From Flavobacteriales bacterium (GTDB taxonomy: Bacteria > Bacteroidota > Bacteroidia > Flavobacteriales > TMED113): a DNA stretch of 40,728 bases. This document shows, piece by piece, positions 27,173-36,191 of this stretch (positions are counted from its first letter, which is position 1; each line of letters begins with the position of its first letter). The notes beneath the pieces are model-generated. The model saw only the letters and a list, made by a program, of their open reading frames with translations. It was not told the DNA's origin and made no database searches. The stretch spans positions 1 through 40,728 of the forward strand of contig NZUB01000049.1 in the NCBI GenBank assembly GCA_002696965.1. Direction: 5' to 3'. Made by a program: the position numbers and the translations under genes.

Positions 27173-28299
27173 AAAAAGTTTATTTAGATAATGCAGCTAC
27201 TACAGAGTTGGATGCCGAAGTCTTAGATGTCATGTTAAGTTCTATGAAAACCGATTATGGTAATCCTTCTTCTTCACATTCGTTTGGTAGAAAAACTAGA
27301 TCAGTAATAGAAACCTCTAGAAGGTCAATTGCGGATTTATTAAATGCAGATGCATCTGAAATTTTTTTTACTTCTGGCGGGACAGAAGCAGATAATATGG
27401 CTATTAGAGGCGCAGTTAGAGATGCGGGAGTAAAGCACATTATCACATCTAAAATAGAACATCCAGCAGTAGTAAATACAGTTGCTCATTTAAAGAATAA
27501 GGGTAAGGTAAGTGTGGATTATGTTAATTTAAACGAAAATGGTGTAGTTGATTTAATTCATTTAGAGGAGTTGTTATCTAATAACACAAACACTTTAGTG
27601 AGTTTAATGCATGGGAATAATGAAATTGGAAATTTATTAGATATAGAATCAGTTAGTTTATTATGTCAAAAACATGATGCACTATTTCATTCAGATACTG
27701 TTCAAACTGTAGGTCATTATGTTTTTGATTTAAAAAAAGTCAAAATTGATTTTTTGACTTGTTCCGCTCATAAATTTCATGGTCCTAAAGGTGTTGGTTT
27801 TTTATATATTAATAAACAAGTAAATATTACACCTTTAATTCATGGTGGTTCTCAAGAAAGGGATATGAGGGCAGGAACAGAGTGTGTTTATGGTATTGTG
27901 GGATTAGCTAAAGCTATGGAAGTAGCATATAGAGATTTGTCAATGCATAGAAAGCATATTGAGCAATTAAAAAAACACATGATTAATGAGCTTAAAAACA
28001 AACTATCTTTTATTGCATTTAATGGTACGTCCTTAGACTTGAACAATAGTTTATATACTGTTCTTAGTCTTTCTTTTCCTAGGCAAGATTATGATGATTT
28101 ACTGCTTTTTAATTTAGATTTATTAGGTGTTTCATGTTCTGGTGGTAGTGCATGTAGTTCTGGTAATATAAGTCAGTCACATGTTATATCTCAAATCAAA
28201 ACACTAGACGGGCCTGTGGTTCGCTTTTCGTTTAGCCGCTATAATTCTATAGAAGATATAAATTTTGCTATAAAACAGTTAATATCGTTATTTAGTTAG
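27169..28299 (+). CDS. Cysteine desulfurase (NifS/IscS class, PLP-dependent)
   Basis: FTSGGTEADN, PLP-lysine motif SAHKFHGPKGVGFLY and catalytic-cysteine loop SGGSACSSG. It overlaps the glmM stop by 4 nt. Confidence 0.85.
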   Translation: MKKVYLDNAATTELDAEVLDVMLSSMKTDYGNPSSSHSFGRKTRSVIETSRRSIADLLNADASEIFFTSGGTEADNMAIRGAVRDAGVKHIITSKIEHPAVVNTVAHLKNKGKVSVDYVNLNENGVVDLIHLEELLSNNTNTLVSLMHGNNEIGNLLDIESVSLLCQKHDALFHSDTVQTVGHYVFDLKKVKIDFLTCSAHKFHGPKGVGFLYINKQVNITPLIHGGSQERDMRAGTECVYGIVGLAKAMEVAYRDLSMHRKHIEQLKKHMINELKNKLSFIAFNGTSLDLNNSLYTVLSLSFPRQDYDDLLLFNLDLLGVSCSGGSACSSGNISQSHVISQIKTLDGPVVRFSFSRYNSIEDINFAIKQLISLFS

Positions 28300-29735
28300 T
28301 AATAATGTAGTCTGCGAACTTTTGATATATATTTAGCAAGCCTTATCACTTGTTTTGTATATCCAAACTCGTTGTCATACCATATATAAAGTATAATATT
28401 TTTACCATCTTTTGAAACTATAGTTGCAGGTGAATCAAAAATAGATGCGCCTGCACTTCCAATGATATCACTGGACACTAATTCAGGATTCATAGAAAAT
28501 TTAATTTGATTTACTAGTGGCCCCTCTAATGCAGCTTTTCTTATGAGTTCATTTACACTTTCAAAGGTCATGTTCTCTTTTAGTTCTAAATTAATTATTG
28601 CTAATGAACCATTTGGGGTTGGGACTCTTATAGCATTAGCAGTTAATTTATTTGACAGTTCTGGAATAACTTTAGTCACAGCCTTACCTGCTCCAGTTGA
28701 AGTGATTACCATGTTGACCGCAGCAGATCTTCCTCTTCTGTTTTTACTATGCATATTGTCAAGTAAATTTTGGTCATTGGTATAAGCATGAATAGTTTCA
28801 ATGTGGCCTTTGATTATAGTGTTATTATCACTAATTACTTTAAGGATGGGTGCAATTGCATTAGTTGTACATGATGCAGCTGATAGAATTATATCTTTAT
28901 CAAGATTGACAATCTCTTGGTTTACACCATATACAATATTTGGTATTCCAGAACCTGGAGCAGTCAGTAATACTTTACTTACCCCCTTAATATGTAAATG
29001 TTGTTTTAAGCCCTCATAGTCTTTAAACACTCCAGTATTATCAATAAGGAGTGCATCGTTAATACCATATTCAGTTAGTGAGTTTTTTGACTCTTCGTCA
29101 AAGAATTTAATTTTTTGACCATTTATAATTACAGATAATTCTTCGTAGTTAATTTCTATAGAGCTTGAGAAATTTCCGTGAACAGAGTCTTGGCGTAATA
29201 AAGCACATCTTTTATCTAAAGAATCAGCATCAATTTTCCTTACAATCACGCCCTTTAATCTTAATTGTTGACCTTTACCAGCTTGTTTTATTAATTCTCG
29301 AGCACACAGTCTTCCAATTCTTCCAAATCCGTAAAGAACAACATCTTTAGAGATTTGTTTTTTGTCGTTAGAGTTTTTAATAAAACCAATTTTTTGATTT
29401 AAAAACTCTTTTTGACTTTGAAATTCATCTTGTTGTTCTAGATATTCAAATGTGAGCTTGCCGATATCAATTTTTGCAGGTGCTAAATCCATGTCTTCTA
29501 AACTTGCTGCTAAGCTAGCAGAATCAAAGATATTAATAGGTTTTTGCACAAAATTGGCAGCATACTGGTGAAGTCTTAAAATATCTGATACATTTTCGTC
29601 TATTAAATGTCTTCTAAACAATACAAGTTCAATACCTTTTGTATACAGTAGATTACTTACAGAGTTAATTAGTTTAGTAGCTGCTTTTTTTTCTGAAATA
29701 AAATCTTCTAATTTTTCTGAATAGTTTTGTTTCAT
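28296..29735 (-). CDS. gap: Glyceraldehyde-3-phosphate dehydrogenase, long form with ~130-aa N-terminal extension
   Basis: NAD-binding YGFGRIGR begins around residue 135. It has the catalytic SAASCTTNA, and WYDNEFGY near the C-terminus. Length 479 aa. Confidence 0.85.
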   Translation of the reverse strand: MKQNYSEKLEDFISEKKAATKLINSVSNLLYTKGIELVLFRRHLIDENVSDILRLHQYAANFVQKPINIFDSASLAASLEDMDLAPAKIDIGKLTFEYLEQQDEFQSQKEFLNQKIGFIKNSNDKKQISKDVVLYGFGRIGRLCARELIKQAGKGQQLRLKGVIVRKIDADSLDKRCALLRQDSVHGNFSSSIEINYEELSVIINGQKIKFFDEESKNSLTEYGINDALLIDNTGVFKDYEGLKQHLHIKGVSKVLLTAPGSGIPNIVYGVNQEIVNLDKDIILSAASCTTNAIAPILKVISDNNTIIKGHIETIHAYTNDQNLLDNMHSKNRRGRSAAVNMVITSTGAGKAVTKVIPELSNKLTANAIRVPTPNGSLAIINLELKENMTFESVNELIRKAALEGPLVNQIKFSMNPELVSSDIIGSAGASIFDSPATIVSKDGKNIILYIWYDNEFGYTKQVIRLAKYISKVRRLHYY

Positions 29736-29802
29736 ATTAGTTATATTATGAGGTGTTAGATGTATTGTTTTATGCTTACGTAAAAGTAGTTTTTTATTTA
29801 AT

Positions 29803-29810
29803 TATTTTTG
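29803..29810 (+). promoter_or_regulatory. Candidate -7 promoter box (TATTTTTG) for dapF
   Basis: Exact TAnnTTTG match 20 nt upstream of the ATG at 29831. It lies inside the track's upstream-extended ORF. Confidence 0.4.
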
Positions 29811-29830
29811 TGTTTCTTATATATTTATTT

Positions 29831-30658
29831 ATGTTAAACTATTCTAAATATAATTCTTGTGGTAATGATTTTATTATAATTGACGATAGACAAGAAAAAT
29901 TCCTCAATCAAAGTGGTGGTTCTGACTCTTCTAATCGCACTCAATTATATATACAATCCTTGTGTAATAGAGATAATGGTATAGGTGCTGATGGTTTGAT
30001 TCTTTTACAGTTATCTCAACAGCCCAATAGTTTATATCATATGGTTTATTTTAATTCTGATGGATTAGTGTCATCATTTTGTGGTAATGGTAGTATGTGT
30101 TGTGCTCATTTTGCATCTTCTCTTGGTATTGCTGGTAAGCAATCTATTTGTTGTGGTAAATTTGATACTAATACAGGATTATTTTCTTTTGAGGTAAATT
30201 TCCAAACTAATAAAGCCCAGGTATCTCTAGTCGATGTTAAAAACATTAAAATTGACCCTCATGGGATTTTTGTAGATACTGGCTCTCCACATTATGTAGT
30301 GTTTAAAGAACAAATTAATAATATCGATGTAAATAAAGAAGGTGCTGAGATTAGATATAGTAGAAGATTTGAGCAAAAAGGCACTAATGTTACATTTGTT
30401 TCATGTATTAATCAAAAAATATCAATTAGAACTTATGAAAGAGGGGTGGAAGCAGAAACTCTTTCATGTGGAACAGGTGCAGTAGCAGCGGCCTTGTGTG
30501 CATCTTTAAAGAATTTGATATTAGATTATCAGGTTTCAGTCAAGACTCAAGGAGGTTATTTAAAGGTCAGTTTTAATAGAGAGTCTGATATTTTTTCTAA
30601 CATCTATCTTCAATCAATAGTTGAAAAAAATTTTGAAGGAATTTTGCCAAAAATATGA
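29831..30658 (+). CDS. dapF: Diaminopimelate epimerase
   Basis: The canonical N-terminus MLNYSKYNSCGNDFIIID and both catalytic Cys motifs (FCGNGSMC and SCGTGAVAAA). The track's GTG start at 29753 adds a 26-aa hydrophobic extension that contains the candidate promoter. Confidence 0.85.
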   Translation: MLNYSKYNSCGNDFIIIDDRQEKFLNQSGGSDSSNRTQLYIQSLCNRDNGIGADGLILLQLSQQPNSLYHMVYFNSDGLVSSFCGNGSMCCAHFASSLGIAGKQSICCGKFDTNTGLFSFEVNFQTNKAQVSLVDVKNIKIDPHGIFVDTGSPHYVVFKEQINNIDVNKEGAEIRYSRRFEQKGTNVTFVSCINQKISIRTYERGVEAETLSCGTGAVAAALCASLKNLILDYQVSVKTQGGYLKVSFNRESDIFSNIYLQSIVEKNFEGILPKI

Positions 30659-32571
30659 AGTATTCTCAAATCTATATATTCTGCTGCATTCTCCTTTCTT
30701 GTAATAATAATCAAGAGTATTGGGTTTTAAACAGAGAGGCTGATTATGTAGGCATGAATCAGTGTGCTGCGTGTCATCAAGATCATTATACAAACTTTAT
30801 TAATACAGGTATGGGCAAGTCTATTCGACCCGCATTACCAAAATATAGTTCGTCAGATTTTACAAGTCAATTATATGATTCAATATTAAATTTTGTTTAT
30901 CATCCTCACTGGATTTCTGATAGCTTATATGTTACAGAGTATAAACTATCTTCTAATAATGATACAATACATTCCCTCAATTATTCAATTGACTATATAG
31001 TTGGGTCTGGTCATCATACTAACTCTCATCTTTATTTAAATAATGGGTATTTATATCAGGCTCCAGTAACTTATTATACTCAAGATTCTATACTGGACTT
31101 TCCTCCTGGGTTTGAAAATAATAAAAATAGTAGATTTTCAAGAAAAATGGGCCTAGAATGTATTGCATGTCATAATGCATATCCAGATTTTGTTTTGGGT
31201 TCGGAAAATAAATATACTGCTATGCCAACAGGTATTGACTGCGAAAGGTGTCATGGTCCTGGAGAGTTACATGTAGAAAAAATAAAAAATGGGAATTTGA
31301 CGGATACAGCGAAATATCCTGATCACAGTATAGTTAACCCTGCTAATTTAAGTGTTGAATTACAAAATGATTTGTGTGCACGTTGTCATTTGCAGGGTAA
31401 TGCGGTTTTAAAACCAAATAAATCTTTTTTTGACTTTCTTCCTGGTATGCGTTTAAGTGATGTTATGGATGTTTATTTGCCTCGTTATTCTAATTCTGAT
31501 AATGATTTTATTATGGCATCACATGTTGATAGAATGAAATTAAGTGCCTGTTATATTGAATCTAAAGAACAACTCTCTTGTGTTAGTTGTCATAACCCTC
31601 ATTTATCTGTGCATAAAGTTCCTGATAATTTTTTTAATTCCAAATGTCTAGATTGTCATATTAATCATGATTGTAAAGAGGAAACAGATCGTAAACTAGA
31701 AGTTGATAATGATTGTGTTTCTTGTCATATGCCCAAATCTACAACTACTGATATTCCACATGTGAAAATTACAGATCACAAAATTGTTATTCCTATCAAG
31801 GATACTATTGTCAATACTGATAATTTAAATAAAGAATTTCTTGGTTTGGAATGTGTCAATAATAAATTTCCTAATAATTTAAGTGTCATTCAAGGTTATC
31901 TTCAACAGTATGAAAGATTCAATCCACATCCCTTTTATTTAGATTCTGCTGCAAACTATTTAAGTAAAATCCAATTAGATACTAGCCAAGGTATCTATGT
32001 ACACATTTATTACTTGTTTTTAAAAAAATCATATCATACAATTATTGAAAAGGTTAAAAAAATAGGTTTAGATGTTTTATTAAATGATATTTTAATTCAC
32101 AGGGATTACAGTAATAAAGATGCTTGGACATCTTATAGGATTGGAGAGTCATTTATTAATGAAAATGATATAGAAAGTTCTTTTTTATTTTACCAACAAG
32201 CTGTTAAATTGGCACCATATAATTTAGAATTTAGAAATAAGTATGCTATTTCTTTATTTAAAATGGGTAGGATTGAGTTTGCAATTGATGAATTTAATTT
32301 TATCATCAATGAAGACAATAAATTTGCTTTAGCATATGCAAATTTAGGTTTTTTGTATTTTTCAATTGGTGATTATCCAAAAGCATTTAATTATTACAAT
32401 CTAACTTTAAAATTAGATCCTTACCATAAAAAAACTCTTATTAATAAAGCACAATTATTATTATTTGAAAATAAGCAAAAAGATGCGTTTATTTGTTTAA
32501 AACTATTATTGGAACAAGATCCTGATCATCAAGAAGCTTTAATTCTTTTAGAACAAATCAATGAGATATAG
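30655..32571 (+). CDS. Heptahaem c-type cytochrome lipoprotein with C-terminal TPR repeats
   Basis: Lipobox ILLSC. Seven CxxCH motifs lie between residues 37 and 358 (nt 30763-31728): CAACH, CIACH, CERCH, CARCH, CVSCH, CLDCH, CVSCH. The C-terminal ~160 aa has TPR-like repeats (AYANLGFLYFSIGDYPKAFNYYNLTLKLDP). Confidence 0.75.
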   Translation: MKYSQIYIFCCILLSCNNNQEYWVLNREADYVGMNQCAACHQDHYTNFINTGMGKSIRPALPKYSSSDFTSQLYDSILNFVYHPHWISDSLYVTEYKLSSNNDTIHSLNYSIDYIVGSGHHTNSHLYLNNGYLYQAPVTYYTQDSILDFPPGFENNKNSRFSRKMGLECIACHNAYPDFVLGSENKYTAMPTGIDCERCHGPGELHVEKIKNGNLTDTAKYPDHSIVNPANLSVELQNDLCARCHLQGNAVLKPNKSFFDFLPGMRLSDVMDVYLPRYSNSDNDFIMASHVDRMKLSACYIESKEQLSCVSCHNPHLSVHKVPDNFFNSKCLDCHINHDCKEETDRKLEVDNDCVSCHMPKSTTTDIPHVKITDHKIVIPIKDTIVNTDNLNKEFLGLECVNNKFPNNLSVIQGYLQQYERFNPHPFYLDSAANYLSKIQLDTSQGIYVHIYYLFLKKSYHTIIEKVKKIGLDVLLNDILIHRDYSNKDAWTSYRIGESFINENDIESSFLFYQQAVKLAPYNLEFRNKYAISLFKMGRIEFAIDEFNFIINEDNKFALAYANLGFLYFSIGDYPKAFNYYNLTLKLDPYHKKTLINKAQLLLFENKQKDAFICLKLLLEQDPDHQEALILLEQINEI

Positions 32572-33580
32572 TTTAATTTTTGGGTTTTTATTATTATCAA
32601 GTACTTCATTAATATTTTTCTTGAAAAACGAGTATTTTGAAAGGTCTATTGTTGAAGAAAATATAGAATTTTTGATCTATAAAAACATGCCGTTTGAAGA
32701 GCTAGTTATTAAATTAGATTCGATTTCTTCAGATTTAAATCCATTGGCTAAAGTTTTTTTTAATCAATTTCTTGAAAAGAAAAGACTTCAATACTGGTAT
32801 GCTCCAGGCAGATATTTAATGTTAAAAGATTCATCTTTAAATGATATAGTTAATAAACTTAGATCGCGTTCACAAGATCCACTAAAGTTAACTTTTAATA
32901 GTATGGATGATGTTTCATCTGTTTTCTCCATTATGGAATCTATGTTGGATCTAGATTCATTGGCTATGATTAATTTTTTCGATTCAATTCAATATCCTCT
33001 AGATAGTTTATATTTATTATTAATCCCAAATACTTATGAATTATATTGGGATATCACGCCGAAAGCATTTTTCAAAAGGATGCACTTTGAGTACAATAAT
33101 TTTTGGACTACCAAAAAAGTTAATGCTGCTAAAAAAAATAATTTATCTAGGCATGAAGTTTTTGTATTAGCCTCAATTGTTGATAAGGAAGCGAGCCATT
33201 TTGATGAGATGCCTATAATTGCAGGTTTATATATTAATCGAATCAAAAGGGGATGGCCATTAGCTGCTGATCCAACAATTGCTTACATATGGCGTAAAGA
33301 ATATAGTCAATCTTTAAGACGTATTAGAAATAAGCATATTGAAAAAACAAAAAAATCTAAATTTAACACCTATCACAATACTGGACTTCCTCCTTTTCCA
33401 ATTTGTGTTCCTAGTATTCAGGCTATTGATGCAGTATTATACCCAAAAGATCATGATTTTTTATACATGTGTGCTAGGCCTGATAATTCTGAATATCATA
33501 ATTTTGCTAAAAACCATTTTGAACACTCCGCTAATGCTGCTGCATTTCATGCCTGGTTAAATAAGAGAAAGATTTATTAA
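32561..33580 (+). CDS. mltG: Endolytic peptidoglycan transglycosylase (YceG/MltG family)
   Basis: N-terminal TM anchor, then LASIVDKEA, AADPTIAYIW and FNTYHNTGLPPFPICVPSIQAIDAVLYP...FLYMCA. These match YceG motifs. Confidence 0.85.
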   Translation: MRYSLIFGFLLLSSTSLIFFLKNEYFERSIVEENIEFLIYKNMPFEELVIKLDSISSDLNPLAKVFFNQFLEKKRLQYWYAPGRYLMLKDSSLNDIVNKLRSRSQDPLKLTFNSMDDVSSVFSIMESMLDLDSLAMINFFDSIQYPLDSLYLLLIPNTYELYWDITPKAFFKRMHFEYNNFWTTKKVNAAKKNNLSRHEVFVLASIVDKEASHFDEMPIIAGLYINRIKRGWPLAADPTIAYIWRKEYSQSLRRIRNKHIEKTKKSKFNTYHNTGLPPFPICVPSIQAIDAVLYPKDHDFLYMCARPDNSEYHNFAKNHFEHSANAAAFHAWLNKRKIY

Positions 33581-33630
33581 ATTTTTTATAAATTTGTCAT
33601 CTATTTTTAAATTGTTCTTTGAATTATTTT

Positions 33631-33992
33631 CATAAATCGCCTTATCGCTTTCAAAGGAAAGAGGAAAGTCCGGACAATATAGAGTACCATACTTCTTAAC
33701 GGGAAGGGTCTTTAATTTTAAAGATACAGATAGTGCCACAGAAAATAACCGCCATAATTTTATGGTAAGGGTGAAAAAGTGAGGTAAGAGCTCACTAGGT
33801 TTAATAGTGATATTAAATTTGGGTAAACCTTATGGATTGAAAGATCAAATATACCAAGGTGTCCTTTTGTACTAAGAGTTACTCGCTCAATCTTGGAGGG
33901 TAGATCGATTGATTATATTAGTGATAATATAACTAGATAAATGATAAGGGTCTTTACTTGTAAAGATACAGAATCCGGCTTATAGATTTATG
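33631..33992 (+). ncRNA. rnpB: RNase P RNA, bacterial type A
   Basis: Conserved blocks GAGGAAAGUCCGGAC (P4 5' strand), AGUGCCACAGAAAAUAACCGCC, GGUAAGGGUGAAAAAGUGAGGUAAGAGCUCAC and ACAGAAUCCGGCUUAU (P4 3' strand). P1 pairs CAUAAAUC (33631-38) with GAUUUAUG (33985-92). P2 pairs CCUUAUCG with UGAUAAGG. Confidence 0.92.
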
Positions 33993-33999
33993 TAAATTT

Positions 34000-34027
34000 A
34001 AGGGAGCTTTTTGCTCCCTTTTTTTTT
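34000..34027. terminator. Intrinsic terminator hairpin shared by convergent rnpB and trxB
   Basis: AAGGGAGC-TTTTT-GCTCCCTT (8-bp stem) is followed by a T7 run on the + strand. The T-run overlaps the trxB stop codon (34026-28). On the - strand the hairpin is followed by a weaker U-rich tail. Confidence 0.7.
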
Positions 34028-34961
34028 AATGCAAACCTGCTAAATATCGTTCAGCATCTAGTGCCGCCATACATCCACTACCGGCAGCTGTTATAGCTTG
34101 TCTATATATTGAGTCTTGAGCGTCACCACTTGCAAATACTCCAGGTAGATTTGTTAGTGAACTATCAGGTTTAGTAATTAAATAGCCAACTTCATCCATA
34201 TCTAATTGATTTTTAAATATTTCTGTATTAGGGTTATGTCCAATTGCTAAAAAGAAACCTGTAGCTTTAATAATTTTTAACTCATTTAATTTAGTGTCTT
34301 TTACTTTAATTTGATTAACAGTATTATCCCCCATTACTTCAACTGTTTCGTGATTAAATAGAAGTTCTAAATTTTTTGTATCAAACACCCTTTTTTGCAT
34401 AATTTTTGAAGCACGCATTTTATCACTTCTAACTAATAAATAAACCTTATTACATAAATTGGCTAAATAAGTTGCTTCTTCAGCTGCGGAATCACCACCT
34501 CCAACTACTACCACATCTTGATTTTTAAAGAAAAAACCGTCACAAACAGCACATGCAGAGACACCAGATCCCATAAATTTTTGTTCAGAAGGTAGTCCTA
34601 AGTATTTTGCTGAAGCACCAGTTGAAATAATAACAGTTTTTGCTAGAATTTCCTCTTTATTGTCAACAATAAGTTTATGCACTCCCCCTTTTTTTTGTGT
34701 TAATTCAACTTTTGTCACTGTTCCAAAAATAACTTTAGTACCAAATCTTTCAGCTTGTTTTTGAAAATCTTCCATCATTTTTGGACCAGTAACACCACTT
34801 GGATATCCAGGGTAATTTTCCACATCATTAGTAGTGGTGAGTTGTCCACCAGGTTGTATACCTTGGATTAATACGGGGTTTAAATTTGCTCTAGAAGCAT
34901 ATATGGCTGCTGTATATCCAGCTGGTCCGGAACCAATGATGGCACATTCAATAATTTTCAT
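34026..34961 (-). CDS. trxB: Thioredoxin-disulfide reductase
   Basis: FAD motif IIGSGPAGYTAA, redox-active CAVCDG, NADPH motif VVGGGDSAAEEA and GVFASGD. Length 311 aa. Confidence 0.95.
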   Translation of the reverse strand: MKIIECAIIGSGPAGYTAAIYASRANLNPVLIQGIQPGGQLTTTNDVENYPGYPSGVTGPKMMEDFQKQAERFGTKVIFGTVTKVELTQKKGGVHKLIVDNKEEILAKTVIISTGASAKYLGLPSEQKFMGSGVSACAVCDGFFFKNQDVVVVGGGDSAAEEATYLANLCNKVYLLVRSDKMRASKIMQKRVFDTKNLELLFNHETVEVMGDNTVNQIKVKDTKLNELKIIKATGFFLAIGHNPNTEIFKNQLDMDEVGYLITKPDSSLTNLPGVFASGDAQDSIYRQAITAAGSGCMAALDAERYLAGLH

Positions 34962-35070
34962 AATAGTTATATTTTAGCTTTGAAACTATGGTTTATAATT
35001 CAATTTCGACAAATTTAAAAAACTTTCACTTTTATTATAATAATTTTATCACAAGAAAAAAATTCTTAAC

Positions 35071-35078
35071 TATATTTG
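35071..35078 (+). promoter_or_regulatory. Candidate -7 promoter box (TATATTTG) for gcvT
   Basis: Exact TAnnTTTG match. It contains the TTG that the ORF track used as the start (35076). It lies 33 nt upstream of the start I prefer, the TTG at 35112. Confidence 0.35.
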
Positions 35079-35111
35079 CTAGCATTATTAATAGGTAGAA
35101 TTTTAGAAGTT

Positions 35112-36191
35112 TTGCATAAAAGAACAGCTTTTTATTCTTTACATCAACTCAATAATGCTAAGTTAGTGCCTTTTGCTGGGTATATCATGCCAATTCAATA
35201 TAAGGGGGTTATTTTTGAACACAATACTGTCCGTTCGAATGTAGGGGTCTTTGATGTGTCACATATGTGTCAGATTATAATAGAAGGTGATTCTGCACCT
35301 GATTTAGTTCAAAAAATAACTACTAATGATGTGGAGAAATTAATGGATGGTGATATCCAGTATTCTTGCATGCTTAATAAAAAAGGGGGTATTATCGATG
35401 ATTTACTTGTTTATAGAATCTCATGTAATAAATATATGTTAGTTGTTAATGCATCTAATGCTCAAAAAGATTTTCAATGGATTTGCTCTAATAATAATTA
35501 CAACCTCTCAATTAGCGATATAACCTCTGAAAGAGGTTTATTAGCTGTTCAGGGTCCTAAGGCATTACAATTATTACAGAATTTAACTCCTATTTCATTA
35601 GATTCGATTCCATATTATAAATTTAAAATTGGAAGACTTGCTGATTGTGAAGATGTTATTATTTCACGTACTGGATATACTGGTGCTGGTGGTTTTGAAA
35701 TATATATGAAACAAGAATACGCAGAAATAATTTGGAAGAAAATTTTTTCTATCAATCAGGATATACAGCCAATTGGCTTAGCTGCTAGAGACACACTTAG
35801 ATTAGAGATGGGTTATTGCTTATATGGCAATGATATAACAGAGGAAATAACACCAGTTGAAGCTGGTTTATTATGGATAGTAAAAAGAAACACCGATTTT
35901 ATAGGAAAAAGTAGTATTGTAAAACAGATTGAAAATGGAGTAACTAAAAAATTAGTAGGATTTCTTTTACAGGAAAAAGGTGTGCCTAGACAAGGTTATG
36001 AAATTTTAGATATTAATCATCAAATAATTGGCAGAGTTACATCTGGAACTATATCTCCTTCACTCAATCGACCATTAGGCATGGGATATGTAATTACCGA
36101 GGAAGCTTCTATTGGAAACAATATATTAATAAAAATTCGCAATAAAACATTAAAAGCTATCATCGTGAAGCGTCCATTTTATGAAGAATAA
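35112..36191 (+). CDS. gcvT: Glycine cleavage system aminomethyltransferase (T protein)
   Basis: Starting at the TTG at 35112, (M)HKRTAFYSLHQLNNAKLVPFAGYIMPIQY aligns position-for-position with canonical GcvT N-termini. GVFDVSHM and RTGYTGAGGFE are present. There is no in-frame ATG before residue ~25. Confidence 0.9.
   Translation: MHKRTAFYSLHQLNNAKLVPFAGYIMPIQYKGVIFEHNTVRSNVGVFDVSHMCQIIIEGDSAPDLVQKITTNDVEKLMDGDIQYSCMLNKKGGIIDDLLVYRISCNKYMLVVNASNAQKDFQWICSNNNYNLSISDITSERGLLAVQGPKALQLLQNLTPISLDSIPYYKFKIGRLADCEDVIISRTGYTGAGGFEIYMKQEYAEIIWKKIFSINQDIQPIGLAARDTLRLEMGYCLYGNDITEEITPVEAGLLWIVKRNTDFIGKSSIVKQIENGVTKKLVGFLLQEKGVPRQGYEILDINHQIIGRVTSGTISPSLNRPLGMGYVITEEASIGNNILIKIRNKTLKAIIVKRPFYEE

Noticed and set aside
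29753-29830. A 26-aa hydrophobic N-terminal extension of DapF (MLDVLFYAYVKVVFYLIIFVFLIYLF) implied by the track's GTG start. It could look like a membrane anchor.
   Set aside because: The canonical DapF N-terminus begins at the ATG at 29831. A TAnnTTTG -7 box sits inside the putative extension, 20 nt upstream of that ATG.
33557-33739. A 60-aa minus-strand ORF in the mltG-trxB gap.
   Set aside because: It overlaps the 5' third of a confidently identified RNase P RNA gene on the + strand.
34962-35111. Searched the gcvT leader for a glycine riboswitch.
   Set aside because: No GGAGAG...CACCG-type aptamer elements are present. The region is plain AT-rich divergent-promoter DNA.
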